The notes under the pieces were generated by a model, which had not been told where the DNA came from, searched no databases, and saw only the letters and a list, made by a program, of their open reading frames with translations. From contig CM059438.1 in the NCBI GenBank assembly GCA_030390025.1, forward strand, positions 17,174,001 through 17,238,000: a stretch of DNA of 64,000 nt, written 5' to 3'. Position numbers and translations under genes: made by a program. This DNA comes from Squalus acanthias (Eukaryota). Below, piece by piece: positions 13,680-26,057 of the stretch. Within the stretch, counting starts at the first letter, position 1. The number at the start of each line of letters is the position of its first letter.

Positions 13680-14260
13680 GATGAAAATAGGGTCTGCATA
13701 CCGGGTGCGCAGATCTCTTTCGAACCATAACAGGCAGTATAACGCTGCTGGTGCAAGCAAGTCCTATGTACCCTGTTCAGACCACATCTGGAAGTTATAC
13801 GTGCATTTCTGTTCAGCATGAAATAAGAAGGGGAGGTGGGCACGAGGCCCCACAGGCAGCAAGGGTGCAAGCAAATGAGGTTGATCCCAGGCATCAGGGG
13901 GAAGAGCGATGAGGAACAACTTCATAATTTAGGGCTATTCAACTTTGTAAAGCAAGCATCTCACAAGGAACCCAAGATACTTAATAGAATAGCGAAAGTG
14001 AGCCTGGAACAACAATTTCAAGTGCACCAAGGTGGCAGAAACAGTGAGTACAAGTGTTTTGCTGTGAAGGGAAAATTTAGGACAGACATCAGGAAGCATT
14101 TCTTTACACAGATGGCAATCAACAGCTAGGATGGGTTACCAGGAAAGGTGATGGAGGCAAAGATACAGCACTCATTTCATAAACAATTAGACACTGGGAT
14201 GGGATAGCAATAGAGTTGGCATTCTGGAAGGATGAGATCAAGTGTGACTATGGCCATTTT
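13680..14260 (+). mobile_element. Old CR1-like LINE 3' fragment
   Basis: RLIPGIRGKSDEEQLHNLGLF...KGKFRTDIRKHFFTQ (ORF 13836-14129) is the CR1 ORF2 C-terminus. Confidence 0.75.
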
Positions 14261-16987
14261 TGTTCAAACTTATCCTGTAGTTATTTACAACAGCACCTTT
14301 AATCTAACGGGGCTATATTTTATTTTGAATATTATTAGATTTTCACTATTAAAAGTGTGTGCCAAAAATGATTTGGTGCGAGTGGCCCAGTGATTTCAAG
14401 TGATAACCTATCAGCCGTGTGTGAAATTCAAATTGGTATAAAAGAAATGAGCAGATTAACCCATAGGCTAACTATCCCCAATCTACAGGAATCATAAGCA
14501 TGATGACATGAGGCACTTTTATAGTAGTGGCAGGACTCTGTGAGAGCACTGTTCACGTGGGGACCCATGCCATCCCAGCAACCTTTTTTAAAAATCGTAT
14601 CTATGTTCAATGGTCCGTGTTGGAGGGCTAATAGGAAGAGGTGCAGAATCTGCCTCCATGTCTGGAGCAGCATGCGGGAGTACCATGTTCTTGCCACCAA
14701 CAGTACACAAAACAGTATAAATAGTGGAGCCACTACATTTCTCTTAGCTGGATTTAAAGATGTGTAGCGTCAGTGTAAACACTGAGCATCTTGAATGAGT
14801 AGATAACATGGGTCGGAGCCACTCTAGCTCTAAGCAATACACAAGGTCTTCAGAGAAAATTAAAAAGGATCAGCTATACCAGTAACCTATTGTCCATTTC
14901 AATAATACTGAACCTTCTGAGGGGTTACAGGGTCATCATAGTTATGGTCACCGTCACGTTATAACACACTCTGGAGCTTAGGTTATTTCTTAATATCTGC
15001 AGCAGTCACATGACCATCATTAATCCTCCAGTTTGAGCATCGTCGAGTGTTAAGGAGCGCACGGTTGCTTGGCATCAGCACTAACAACCATCGCCAGGAT
15101 AAAACCTCCAAAAGTAAAACTGAACAGAATAAAGACTAGCCCTGCGGAGTGAATCCAAGATAGCAATCTCTTATTCATACAAGCTTTGCTCATGGTTTAG
15201 GACATCATCCGAACAACTCAATGAGATGTGATTACGACATGCTGAGTCACTCATTATTTGCGATATGATAGAAACCTACAATTCCAACTCAATCTGTATA
15301 TTGCCCCCGTTAAAATTTCCTTGATATATTCTTCAGCTATAAAACCAAATTCCAATGTGCATAAAATGATTTTGAGTTTGCAAAAGGTATTTATTACTTT
15401 TTGCTGTAAAACATTTACAAGAGTAATTAAGGGTGCACATCATTTTATGTGCAGCTGGTACTTTTATGCAAGTTATTTGCTGTGTGTATATTAAATTGTC
15501 CTGTGTTTGCTTTTACTATTAATACTGTGTCTTTTTCTGATCTTGCCAACAGGGACTTATGCTCGACATGCCTCATGGTTGGTTAAGTGAGTTAGCCTAT
15601 ATAAATACAGTATTAGGAACAAAGAAAACAGTTCGTAACAGGAATTTCTGCACCAACTCCAGGCCCATGAAATGGGTTACACTGATGATCACAGCAAAAT
15701 GGCTTAAACCAATTGGTTTCCTATTCATTCTAAAGGCAATTGGGGCCATTAATTTAAAACATAACTGTTACAACTTCCAGTCTTTAAAGTAAAAGGCAGG
15801 CAAAATAATTAGAGTTTCTAAAGAGAGCTACTGTTCAGAAATGGGTTCATAATTCAGCTTCCCATTACTCTGAAAAAGAAAGGGACTCTTGTAAATTTAA
15901 GTACGCTGGTGAGATTACCGATGTGTAGCAGCTATGGTCCATCTAAGTAATAAGAACTGCGCAGAATCTCCAGGATATATTCTTGTAAAGTACCTCAAGA
16001 TGGTAGCCTCTTATTTCCATACAAAAACTAGTAATGTTTTTTCCAAGCTCCAAACCAACAATATTGTAACGCTTATGACGAGCATCATACCCATACAGCC
16101 CTACAGTTGTACATTAATCTTACTGAATGCACTCAGCTGCCAGTGGTCAAGCTTCTGAGGTTTCCAGTCAGCCTGACCTTCAATACCTTTCACTCCTCCC
16201 TCTAAACCTACTCAGCTACCTTACCAAGAACCCCCTGCCATTCAAGTATCATCTTGCTGTAACAAATTACACCAGGGGCAGGATTACAGAACCTTCCATT
16301 CCCTCCTAGAGAGCAGGGAAATAAACATTCCCTCCCAGGATTTATCACCAGTTGTTTCTCAATCAGTAATCCTCTGGTTGCCATTTCCACAGAATAGGCT
16401 ACGAGGCTTGCTTGCATCAGTACTCTCGCCCTTCCCCCAATCAAAAGTAAGCTGAATGTCTTAATTGTCTATTATGAAGTGAAAGACAAGGGCTTTCCTC
16501 TCGAATCCTCACACAATGCTGGACTATCTCCACACACTTGTCTATCTGACAGCAGGCTATGAGAGCCTAATCCTGCAAATTCGGGAAGGAAGAATGTCCC
16601 CTAAAGCCACTCATTCAGCTGATTTGTCAAATCTCCCAGGGATATATGGCTGGGTATCACCTCTTCACTGCCAAATGATGTGGACTGCTAAAGACTTTGA
16701 ACCACGCAGCCATTGGTGCAAGTGCTTACAAAGAACATAGAGGCCAAGTAAAGCAAATTCTGTGTGTCGCTAAGGTCTTCCACTGGTAAGGAGGATTTAA
16801 CCAAACATTAACCCTTCCCCTTCTTAGCAGCAACAATACACTCACTGCACAACAATCAAGGGCAAAGATTGCAAAACCACAGATTTCCATTGGAAAATAT
16901 TGCAGTTGTACATTTGAGATATAGATAACGTACTTCTTGGGAGTCCTGAAAACCAGCATTGCAAATATTTTCATAATAACATCTTCC

Positions 16988-17050
16988 AGCTCTGATGAAA
17001 GGTCATCGACTTGAAACTTTAACTCTGTTCTTTCCCAGAAAATGCTGGAA
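16988..17050 (+). ncRNA. Degenerate minimal hammerhead motif in Penelope-like repeat (family B)
   Basis: CTGATGA-A-AGGTC-ATC-GACTT-GAAAC-TTT-AACT. The helix III palindrome is mutated. Confidence 0.5.
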
Positions 17051-18172
17051 ACAATGAGGACTGTAAAAAGGGGAGGGTGTGCGGGGAGGGAGGAAAGAGT
17101 CTAACCAGAAACACCATTCTAATGCCGAGAGACACAAGTTACACGTAGTAGTTAATACAATTAAAAAAGTTAGTCAAGCTGTTTCCAAATATACATATAT
17201 TTTCAAAGGGTTCAAAAACGTTATTCACACCTACACATTTTCAATATAGACTGGAATGGGATTTTACTATTTACTTGGGAATGGTCAGATGTATTTACCT
17301 AAAATGAAGGCTTTGGTCTCCAATTAACTATCTGTCCAATCCAGGAATTAAATACTACAAGTGCATGTTCAGCAACATGTCCTCACTACATGCTCCATCT
17401 GCCAATGTTTGCCAAAGTGAACTGGACCAATTCAGATTCAATCTAGATTATAACTTTTAAAAGTACAGTACTCCACCTCAATTATGACCCCATTCTCACC
17501 ACGCCATTTACATTGTGCCATGTAATTCGATCTTCAGCCACTACCACATTTCACAGATTCAACATCTAGCAAGCATCCAGCGTAAAACCAAACTAAAGCT
17601 TGTAGCTATCCAATGTTAATCAACATTGGTTAACAAACAGATGACTATTACGGATTTCAAAAAGACAAGATGATGGATCAAAATTCCAAAAGCGTTGTTT
17701 TCACTTCAGATTTTATTCTTGCAGAACAGCAACCAAAACCAGCAGTGAATTCACACAGAAATAACAATTCCTGTCAATATCAGGTGGTAATAGGTTAACA
17801 GTGTAGACAGAGTTCAAAACTCAGCTATTGGGTGTATCTTAAGCAAACTGATCTTATTTACTTCATATGCATAGTTTTCAAAAGACTTCACTCAGACAAG
17901 TCTTGTACTATTATGGGATTATAGCACCATTTCATAAAGCACACCAAGCTTCTTTTTTCTTTAATATAATCTTTCATCCATTGACAGGACCGAGGAGTCT
18001 TATGAGATATACTTTTTGTGCTCAGATTTTTCATGTTTGACCAACATACTTTTAACATTTGGGAAATACATTATTAAGTAAAAGCACCTCAAGAGATCTC
18101 ATGAGAGACCCAAGAAGGAAGTCGAAACATAGAATGTTATTTGCTAGTCAGACAGTCCTATCTGTCCAGCTT

Positions 18173-18296
18173 CACCTGACGAAGGAGCAGCGCTCCGAAA
18201 GCTTGCGATTTCAAATAAAGCTGTTGGACTATAACCTGGTGTTGTGCGACTTCTCACTTTTGTCCACCCCAGTCCAACACCGGCATCTCCACATCA
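18173..18296 (+). mobile_element. Penelope-like terminal-repeat fragment (family A) with minimal type I hammerhead
   Basis: CAC-CTGACGA-A-GGAGC-AGC-GCTCC-GAAAGCTT-GCG, then the AATAAA...GTTGGACTATAACCTGG tail. CAGCTT direct repeats at 18167-72 and 18297-302. Confidence 0.75.
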
Positions 18297-20030
18297 CAGC
18301 TTTAATAGATCAGCTTTACAAGAGTATAGCTATGTTACAGCAAGCTTGATGAGATTTATCTAACTCAAATATTTTGGGCATTTACTGTAGACGTAGGCTG
18401 CAGCATAGGTCTGCAGTTACCAAATCAATAACTGAGTAATTAAACCAATAATCAGCTCAGCAGAGGCAACTTTCCCAACAATCAAGGACTTAACAAGTGT
18501 GATGAGGCCCTCAGGAAGAAATCTACAATTTACAACTACACCTCTCAAGAAAGTACCAGTCAGCAAAAATGCTTTTCCTTCTTTTAAAAAAAAAAGCAAC
18601 CTGAGTGAAGTTTAATCGTTTGAGATCAGCACACAGACAAAAGCACGAGATCCTATAGTACGCTGTCAAAATAGTTCATTTCCTAAGTACTTATGGTTTA
18701 AATGAATTGATGCAAAATAAATCATTTGTTACTGTAAGCAAATAAAAATCAACAGCTCGAATAGCCAGAGGGCAAGTAGGTGACTGCAAACAGGAAAATA
18801 CTGCTAGAGACTGGGGGTGGGAGTGGGAGTGGGGTGGAGGGCCTCAGGTTTCATTGCCTCAGGGCAGGTCCAAAAGGCTCCAACATGCCTGTATTTGCTC
18901 AACAGCTAGGAAAGAAAGAGCTGCAATCCGCTGAAGGCAGGGGCAGGAATTGTGCCTCCATGGTAGTACCTCTCCAAAAACAGAGTAACGTCTCAAGATC
19001 AAGCCTGGATTTCATTAACCCCATCTTCCCCTTCCCCCTTACATCAACATAATGACATGCCGTGCATCGCCAACTTCCAGTTTCCATGCGCAGAGGGTAC
19101 AGTAGCTTACAAGACAGATTAACCAATTCAATGCCAATCCTCCTGTGCATTTTGGAACATACACCATAATTTCCTGGATAGCTACAAAACAGAGCAGAAT
19201 AAACTAACACAACATTGAAAGAAATCTTAGCTATCAAAAACTTAGGAAGAGACACCTGCAATTGTCACTAGACTGATGTGATATTGTTCTACAAGATGCA
19301 CTTCAGTAGGGTTTCAAAAAGTATCTGTTATCACAAGACACTCATTTTCCTTCAATCCAACTTTTAACAGTGTGCTCACACTATAGGGTTAACATCAGCT
19401 GAACTTGTGGATGTGATTCAGGTGTCAAGACCCAAAATGACTCCAAAGCAAGAGAGACCACCTCCTCTGGAGACTCTCGCTCCTCTTCGTTCCAGTGTCA
19501 ATTTGGGCCCTGACTCCAGATTCAGGCTGCACTTACACTATAACCGCTTTGCACTGACACTACTTTATAGTGAGAGTGCAGCCCAAAAGTAAATGCTTAT
19601 TTGGCAAGTATGTGTGTTTTTTTTATACAAACATTCCTGTAAAACATTCGCATTTGCCTGGCACTGCTTTTAAATCTCATCGAAATGAGTTCTAACCCTA
19701 AACCAGAAATCATTTTAAGAAGTCAGGCAGAAGATTTTTCAAGAAATTATGAAGACACCTGTGTTGTGAAATTGCTCAACAAATCTAATAACACACAGGT
19801 GAGATTCGCCCTAAAGAAAACACAATTCTGCAAAGATGCACCGAAGGTCACAGCTGCAGTCTTGAATGCACTGGCACGATTACTCACCTAACCAATTTAA
19901 AAGTAGCATTACTCCACGCACTTTTTTCTTCTTTCATTAAAGGACGATCTTTGCTTTAGTTAAAAGAATTGTGTATGTTTAAAAATTAACGGCCTCAAAC
20001 AGGAAGGTGAATCTTTAATGAAGAACCGAA

Positions 20031-20056
20031 GGGGGGGGGGGGGGGGGGGGGGGGGG
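20031..20056. repeat. poly(G) tract, 26 nt
   Basis: Read directly. Confidence 0.95.
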
Positions 20057-20560
20057 CTCAATAGTCTATCTGTACGTCAGCCTCAGCAGCCGCCCCCAGC
20101 CAAGCCGTCAACTTGAACGTTGAACTTCACAGTAGTGGCTGGCTTTCTCAACAATCCTTTTGATGTTACCTCCAAAGCTAGAGATCAAAGCAGCGGAGTG
20201 TGGTGTGGGGAAGTCCCAGGCTCTTAGGCTGCCAGGCTGTGATATATGTAAAAACCAAGCCAAAAAGGGAAGGCTTGAAGGGGGAAGTGTTGAAACAGTC
20301 CAGTCTAGTCAGAGACTAAATTAAAGTGAGGGAAAAATTAAACAAATCCTAATGTTTTCACTCTAAAATCAGTTTAGAAGTAAAAGCAGTAATAATTTTA
20401 TCTCACTGATTTTAGCTTCCAGACATGTTTGGCTCTGATAAATATAAACATGTTCTGGTTGGGATTTGCCACCCCTCCCCCAATGCATTTGTACATGGGG
20501 AGGATGTTACTGCACAGCTCAACAAGTGCAAACTTGCAAAGTCTTCTTTCTATAGTCAGT

Positions 20561-20561
<1 letters not shown>

Positions 20562-20597
<36 letters not shown>

Positions 20598-20637
20598 GCA
20601 CACACACACACATATATATACAAATACACGCACACAC
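20562..20637. repeat. (CA)n/(TA)n compound microsatellite
   Basis: Read directly. Confidence 0.95.
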
Positions 20638-23542
20638 AAAACTCTTGCAAGAATATTGTGTTAAAATCCAGCTTCAGTTTGTGCCAAGCGTTTAGGCCGG
20701 GGGGGGGGGGATGCAATGGCAACCAAAGTGCAGTTCAGTTTTCCTGAACACCACCAGAATTTTTAAAAGGTCAATTTTCCACCATGTTGTCCAATATTCT
20801 ATATTATTCAAGATTATTTATAAAAGCATTCCTTGGGATTTTATATTAGGTTAATAAATCTCTCTGTAGTGGTTATTACTTCTACAGTGAAATTTAAATG
20901 GAGTTACTATTTGTCTCACCCTGCCTACAATCTCGTTTAAAAAAGTACCTGCATTTAACATGGCAAACTTAATCTACTTTGGTGGGGGAAGGGGGTGAAA
21001 AGCAACTTCTTAAAATATGTAAGTGCTGGGATTTTAAGTTATATATATTCAATAGAAAGACTTTCTCCCCTACAGATCTCAACATAATGCTTTTTACTGC
21101 AGAAAGTGTCAACTTAGATGAAGAAAATGAAGATCAAAGTAAAAAAATATGACCTCTCTGGTAGATCAGACATTACCAGAGACAGCGCGAGCTGTGGAAG
21201 TCCATCAGGAAAAAAAAAACCTCCCTTTTTAAAAAATTAATGGAGGGAAGAAAATGGTGAACCAAATTCCTACACGTTACACTAAACTATCCACTATGAA
21301 TACCACAAGAATATACAGACACTGTATCTACTCCCATGTGACCAAATCCAACGTGCAGCTGCAGTAAACTCCCAGCACACCTTCTCCAAATGTTTTGTGT
21401 AAACTTCCACAAAGGCCAGGGCAACATATTGCTTCTGGCCAAGATTGTGGCAACACAGCGCAAAGTTAGTAAGTGTGCAGATACTGCCTTCTAGGAATTT
21501 CAAACGATTTCACATTTAACCCTCCCTCTTGGAAAAGGTAAGTAAGTACTGAATCAGAATGGCTGAATACTTTCAACTAAAAAACACTTGCGCTTTGTGG
21601 AGAGCCAAACCTACTCGGGTGAATTTTAATTAGAATGGAATCTCACATCTAGAGGAAAACGAGTACCATCGCTTACAGGAAAAACATCAGATCTTTGTAA
21701 TTATAGATCACCTGATTTTATCCATCCCAGGTCAACACTAATGGAATTCCAGAGGGAGGATTAGAAAAACAAACCATCACCCAACAATTTCATTCCCAAT
21801 CGCTAGCTATCCTGTGACCCCCTGATGGAAGTGCACGTGTGTAACCATCAGAGAAGGATAGGGTAAAACCGTGACCACCCCCCCCCGCCTTGCAGGTGCA
21901 TAGCCTACCAACGTTCACTGTCCAGGCTCTCACAACGAAGAACCACCTGCGCAAGATACCAGAGGAGGATGGGTACCCAGGAACTGTACAAGGGCACGAA
22001 GCAGCACTTTTGAGGGAGGAGAAATATAAAAACTGTTTTATACAATCCACATCAGTGAAATGGCATAGCCTACTGCTAAGAATGGGACAGCACCTCTCAA
22101 TCTGCTCCACTTGCACAGAGTCAATCAGCAAGTTTGGATTACTCCGAGAGCCAGTGCTTTTCAAGAAGTTACAAGACTGATCCAAACCAACATGCAACAA
22201 TAACATGCCCAAAGCTGGGCTTCAAACGGCCCTTAAAAAAAAAATTGTAGCATAAGTGTACAGAGAGCCTAAGAGATTAGAATAGAAAATGATTGCTCAG
22301 GACATTAGTACAAAACAATCAGCACGTGTTGTGTAAATAGCATTCTTGGAAATATGGCATACCAGACCAGTGTCCTGGTTTCTATTCCTAGCACAGAGGC
22401 GGCCTCACTATTCAATATATTTTTCTTCGAACACCGTTATTACAATCTCAGGACTATCTCCTCTTGTTTTACATAACCTAGGGGAGTACTGTTCCTGATA
22501 TGGCCATGGGGACATTAGCAGCCTACTCTTCTTTGCATGCAGCCCTAGGCAGAATTTCAAGGGCATGTGCATCTTGGCCTCTAACTTTGGAAATCCTGAC
22601 CAGGCTGAGATTCAGAGTTGTTCCTTCTCCTTTTTTCTTGCTCTCCACAAAAGGCAAGAGAATTCCATTCATAGGCAAGGTTATCTCAGCATCCACATAA
22701 CAGGGAAAAGACCCAATTAAAATTGGAACTATTGGTCCCACTTTTTCTTCCTCTTTCTCTGGGGAAGTTGTCTACCCCCACCCCCCACCCACTCCCACCC
22801 CACTGTGGTAGCAGCTCACAGTGGCATGATTGAAATTAGGAGCTCAATGTATGCGGAAATCACAGGCACAGACCCACATCCCATCATTCCTCGGTGTAGT
22901 GTGTTGCAGCATTCCCAAAGAGTGGCCTTCAAGGAAGGCTTCGTTTGGGATCAATGAAACGTTAGTAACACTGATCGGAGATAGTATTCTACAGTCTGTA
23001 AAAGCTAAAACTTTAATTTTATTCCCCCATAAATACACTATTACCTAGTTGTGGAGTTTAAGCTGTTTGGCTGATGGATTGGCTCAATGAACAATGAAAT
23101 ACTGTCTGCTGACGGAACGGCTCCAATCACCAAAGGTCAAATGCATTGTGTTGGCCACTAAAAGGGGAGAAGATGACAATAAAAATCACCCAGCAACTTC
23201 AAAACCCAGATATTAATGTGGTGAGAAACGGGAAGTAATAAAAAAAACTTTGAAAAGCTGAATCAAAAGAATAAAGTAATAATTTTGAAATCCAAGTGCA
23301 TTTTAATATCAGAACGTAAAGTGTATTTTTTAAAGAACATTTAATTTATTTTTATACATTCAGCGGTTTTAACATAGGCTGGTAACATGTCCATTAAAAA
23401 GTGCAGTTCCAATAAATGCGGACTAAAGGGCTGCACTCACTCCAAATAAACCAGTAAATAGAGAAAAAAACCGAAGAAAAAGGTGATCCACTCCATGCCA
23501 GGGCTTAACTCAGTGTCCCCCATCACGGCTACATCCTGGATA

Positions 23543-23669
23543 TGATGTGGAGATGCCGGCGTTGGACTGGGGTGGACAAAAATGAGAAGTCGCACAACAC
23601 CAGGTTATAGTCCAACAGATTTATTTAATTTTACAAGCTTTCGGAGCGGTTCGCTCCTTCCTCAGGTAG
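23543..23669 (-). mobile_element. Penelope-like fragment (family A) with intact minimal hammerhead core, sense to TCF7L2
   Basis: Minus strand TAC-CTGAGGA-A-GGAGCG-AAC-CGCTCC-GAAAGCTT-GTA. Same tail as the copies at 18173 and 34600. Confidence 0.75.
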
Positions 23670-26045
23670 GGTAGCAGTGAGAGAATCTCCCAGAATTCAC
23701 AATATAAACACAAAGAATAGGCACAGTGGTTCCCAACACAGCTCCGTGCCTGAAAGGGCCTAGTGTTTCCAGTGCAGCTCTACTTCTGGATGGGCCTTGT
23801 TTTTCTCAGCACAGCCCCATCCCTGGAAGGGTGTGGTGTCCTATGAGCACAGTTCCACACTTCCAACCCCAGGAGGTTGTTAATTACCAGCTGCCCACCT
23901 GTAGTCTTCTCACTGATGTGCAAAACTAGTTATCTTTTAAGAAAAATGCCAATCAGAACCAAGAAAGATATTTAAAAACAGCAGGTGATGATCAAAGATT
24001 GGATCACAGGTGGCCAATTCAGTGGTTTCAAATTTGAATATTCATGAGTAGCTCTGCAGGATTTTGTACTACCTAACTAGCCATTACTCCAGATATCTAT
24101 ATCTACAAGTTATTAAAATCTCTAGAAATCAAGCTACCGTATCACTCATATATTCAATTACCAAAGTGGAAGGAAATGTAAAGAGAGAATTATAAAAAAA
24201 AGTCACTGAGCTTTTAAGAAAATACACAGTACAAGTTCGAGGAGCCTCAAGCCCTCATTTCCCCCTACTAATTTCCCTCTTCATCTGACCAATACTCTGC
24301 CCTTTCCAATTCCTACAGAATTACATACTGGCTTCTTTTTGCTAAGGCATATGGTCTGGCCTTCCTAGAATGCATTTAAAAGTTACATCCCATATCACTG
24401 CTATTGCTGTCAGAAGCTATCCCAAAGGATTTGTAGCCTGTAATTTGTCTTGTACCAATAACCCAATTAGTGCAGCTGATTAATTTGAAGGCAAATGGCT
24501 TTATGTTCTCCTGAAGGTCTACTTGCCTGAGTCTCTACAAAAAGATTTCTCCTCCCAAATAGAAGGCTCTACCCACCTCCCCACACTACAGCTCCTGGCC
24601 ATTATTCGGTGAAAGGTTCATTACAAAGGAAGGCCTTCCATCTTTTCCATGGCACAAGTCCACTTAAACTATAGCATCAAAAGATTAAAAAGAGAGGGGG
24701 AAAAAACGCTGTTCTCGGAGCGTATTAAAAAGGCACGAGGCTCAAGTTGTAAACTTCATAAGCAGATCACCCCCCGAAACAAAAATCATAAAAATTCCAT
24801 TTGTTTTCTACAAGCCAGGTGTATTGCATTGTCACCGAATTGCAGATACATGCAAAACAGATCTCCCATTTCAAACTGAGCCTCCTATTTGAAAATGTCT
24901 GATCCGGATTAACAGGCATAAAAGGGAACCGGAATTCATATTCAAAATACTTAATACTTGAATTTTTTATAATTCTTGATCAACCGAAAGAGAAATCAGA
25001 AAGTCAACAGCAAATGTTGATTGGCTACTAAAAGTGTGAAGAAATGGACTAAGAAAAACATTAGTTCTGGAACCAAAGTACTAACCTAATTTCCTGTTAG
25101 TCTGCCTGTCTGACAGCCATTTTCATCAGCACAAAGCCAGTATTTAGTACAGGAGATTTAGGATTCTGGTCGCCTAACTAGAAGGTTCTGGCTGTTAAAG
25201 ATGACAGATTAATTTATCAAAATAACCTTTATTCAAAATTTTGATTAAGTTCAGGTACCCAGTCTGTTGTTTGTTTAAACAGCCTCTTACTCTTTCTTTG
25301 GAATTAAATTATATATTTAAGTAAACCGAATTTAGAATTAAATTAAAAACACACACATGCCAGACATATCCTTTAGTAATGCATCAACATTAATATACCT
25401 TCCTGTACTACATGGCTGAACAAAGTTTCACAGAATTTGACAATCACAACTGAATCTCCTGTTCAAGAGACCAGAGTCTGTTTTGTTTCTCCAAATCGAC
25501 AAGTTGGACCTCGTCAGTGCAGTTTGGTAGCAACCTCACGCTACTGACATGTTAGGAGGGGGCTCATTGGAGCTTTACTTTGAAAGAGCTTAATTGATCT
25601 TTTTGATAGACTTGAAATAAATCAAACCAGATTGATACACATGAGAACGCAACCTAATCCCACAGTCAGATCCATGTGAACACAAACCAAAACAGCTGTT
25701 AATTTGGGCTTTATAACATAAAGCATGAGAAATCCCAACTGATGTACAGGAGAGCAGCGCTTTAGGTAATATCTGCAATAATGAATCCACTTGCGAGAAT
25801 TCACTGTAAACTCACAAGTCAACAAATTTAATGAAAAAATGAAAGAACAAAATTAAAGGTAGACCGCACATTTTTGGCAAGCAAGGTCAAAACTCAAACA
25901 CAGTCTAACACCCAACAGCAGTTTGCTTCTGCCTCGTTTTAATTGTAAACGTAAAAGTAAGCAACTGACTAGGACCCAGCCATTAAGAGGTTAAGTCTTG
26001 GGAATCAATAAAGATTTGGCCATCTCAATTCAGCCAGCAAGCCTA

Positions 26046-26057
26046 CCACTAGGTGGC
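26046..26057 (+). promoter_or_regulatory. Candidate CTCF site
   Basis: CCACTAGGTGGC matches CCASYAGRKGGC exactly. Motif match only. Confidence 0.35.

Noticed and set aside
19685-19891. KVTAAVLN motif faintly like a Harbinger transposase
   Set aside because: Too short, with no supporting flanking residues or TIRs.
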